NCBI GenBank assembly: GCA_038087875.1
Contig: CM075988.1
Coordinates: 12,836,001-12,900,000 of the forward strand
Reading direction: 5' to 3'
DNA from: Malacoraja senta
Lineage: Eukaryota
Length of the DNA stretch: 64,000 nt
Shown here: piece by piece, positions 61,824-64,000 of the stretch
How the letters are laid out: each line of letters starts with the position of its first letter
How positions within the stretch are numbered: the first letter of the stretch is position 1
Translations under genes and position numbers: made by a program
Notes under the pieces: model-generated
Told to the model about the DNA's origin: nothing
The model's database searches: none
The model's input: only the letters and a program-made list of their open reading frames with translations

Positions 61824-64000
61824 TACTGAGATGATGATTTTCTGGGCAATAACCCCCCCCCACAATATGCCTGTACAAATCTGAGCTTAGTGGAGTATGT
61901 TACATTAAAAGTTTGTTCCTTTGAAGTGCTATTGTGCCATTGAGTCACTGAGCAAATTCCAGTCCTGGAGAGAAATAATTTGTTTCCAGAAGTAGGAGGT
62001 GTGGCAGTAGGTAGGTAACAGGGCCCTGTTGTTATTATCCTGGGGTTGTCTTCGTGCTGCAGCATCCTTTCCAGATTGAATGATATCAAAACTGTTAAAT
62101 TGTGTAGGATTTAAACTTTCAAGTATTCAAATACACACTTGAGAAAAACACAGTAACCTCTTGCAGACTTCCGGGAAGTAATGCAATAGCTGAGAACAAG
62201 TAAAATCACTCAAAGATCAGATCGCGTCTTTTGAAATTTATTCCTGTAACTGCTGACACATTATGAACCAGGCCCTGTCTTGAACTGCGCTGCAAATCAT
62301 CCCAATTTTAAAATGTTAGGTGCAAAATCGAGATTTTGCTTTCAATGTCAAATAGTAATATATGCTATAAATTATATCAATGTATTCTGGAAGTAATAAT
62401 AAATTCTACATATTAGCTTAAAATTTCTGAACCATATTTTAACCCCTTTCATACCTTTTTTGAGCTCATAGGTGAACAGATGGAAAGTCTGGTCACACAG
62501 AATTAGCTTTTTATGTACTTCGCCAGGTTACCTTGAACCAACTCTGCAATATTACAGAATACAACTGAAACTTTATAGGAATGAAGCATACGAAAACATT
62601 ATTAAAAACAACAATGGAGATTTGACTCATTTAATTACTTCAGACCCATGTAAAAACCTTGAGTCATATAGTAGTTATTAATGAAACTCTAATCCATCAT
62701 ATGACTTGGCCTGTTCTATGTTATTAATCATTTCAGTTCTGAAGATGAAGGATTTTCTTTAACTTTATGACCACTGTCCTGTTTTTGTCACATATTAAAA
62801 ATGGCTTGTTGCAGCAAGGAAGCAGGGCACAATGCTGAATATTGTGAACTGCAATCGGATCAAAGCAGATGTGGCAAAATTGTGCCTGCAGAGTGGAGTG
62901 AAGGAAGTCATAAATAAAATGAGCAGCGTTTCCTTTTGTGGTAAGTTAATGCGGATTTTCTGCTCTTCCTGTTTTCAAAGTCACCCCACACTAAACCCTC
63001 CTTCCCTAGCATAGACCACAACTTGAATGCCAACTCCTCAGATTATTCAGAACAACTTTGCAATGAATGAGATTTGTACTGGCCTGAGTACAGAGGGTTG
63101 CTAGTTGCCTCTCAACGTTGCCTTGCAACTGTAGAATGGTTGGGTTTCAAACCTCTCCATTTAAAGTGATATAGATGGGGATGTGTCCACACTCCATGAC
63201 GCCTTTAGCATCATCCTAGTATTTAACTTCTGAATAATTTCAACACTGAACAGTTAGCACATTGTTTACCCCAAAGCAATTGGTGCAGCTCAATTTTCAG
63301 ATACCTAATGCAGGATATTTTCCTTGCCTCCACAATGCCTGTTGTGACACGATGATATACATTCTGCAAAAAGGTGGTTCAAAAATCCCTACTCATTGGG
63401 ACAGATGTAAGATTGAAGTGAAGTGATGAATAGATGTTAGGGATAATGCAGGAAGTAACTATCTTTATATCAGAACGTAAATACCTTTTATAGAACTTGT
63501 TATGCTTTGTTGTTGACATAGTTTCAGTAGCTGTAAATTCCCTGCATTTTTGTATAATGTTCTTTGAGGAGCGATGTAATTTGAGTAGTCCATTACCATT
63601 TCTCAAATACGACACTTTTCAATGCACACCCTACCAAATATAGTTTTGAAGTTTCAAGGTCATGCAAGGCTCCTTGCTTTTGTCGAGAATAAATATTTAG
63701 TTATCATTATTGGTCATTTTCAGAACTGCTTTCATCAAGGGTCTTTAAATTTACATGCAAGCATAAGAAGACTAATTACAACTCTATATATTGCCAAATT
63801 CTTTATGTGCAATAGAACGAGAGAACAGCTTCAATTATTTGACATTTAGCTGGATGGATGTTGTATTTTTCTTTCCAGATGGCATGCTCCGATCTGGTTG
63901 AGGTTTATCCTCAGTTTTACTTGGAACAGCGAACAAGATCTCACTCAGAAGGAAAAGCTAAGCTTACTTAGTTATTGTTTTAGTTATAAGCATACTAGGC

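Noticed and set aside
60210..64000. 3' end of a convergent NTM paralogue, expected from the tail-to-tail NTM/OPCML arrangement in other vertebrates
   Set aside because: No minus-strand IgLON coding exon was recognisable in this stretch.

Overview
Repeat-rich vertebrate DNA, most likely a cartilaginous fish (skate/ray), inferred from HE1/V-SINE-like, HER1/CR1-like and Penelope-derived repeats. The one host gene I can support is the 3' half of an IgLON-family GPI-anchored neural adhesion gene on the + strand, best matching OPCML. It has two Ig3 exons (23351-23471, 27197-27348), a 36-nt frame-preserving stalk micro-exon (39701-39736) and a terminal GPI-signal exon (60106-60209). Its upstream exons were not found and probably lie 5' of the window. 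The rest is intron and 3' flank with CR1 and Rex/Babar LINE fragments, tRNA-derived SINEs, a non-autonomous Gypsy-like LTR element, two PIF/Harbinger-like MITEs (one a ~600-bp near-perfect palindrome), a compound non-autonomous Helitron and an RTE-derived element. At least 15 short Penelope-derived insertions carry a minimal hammerhead-ribozyme motif (CTGAAGA-stem-GAAACGTH), and many have 10-16-bp target-site duplications. Other notable items are candidate extra micro-exons and alternative terminal exons, and a local fold-back inverted duplication at 16485-17127. Most ORFs in the track are repeat fragments or noise. Family assignments come from recognition of motifs, not database searches, and repeat boundaries are approximate.
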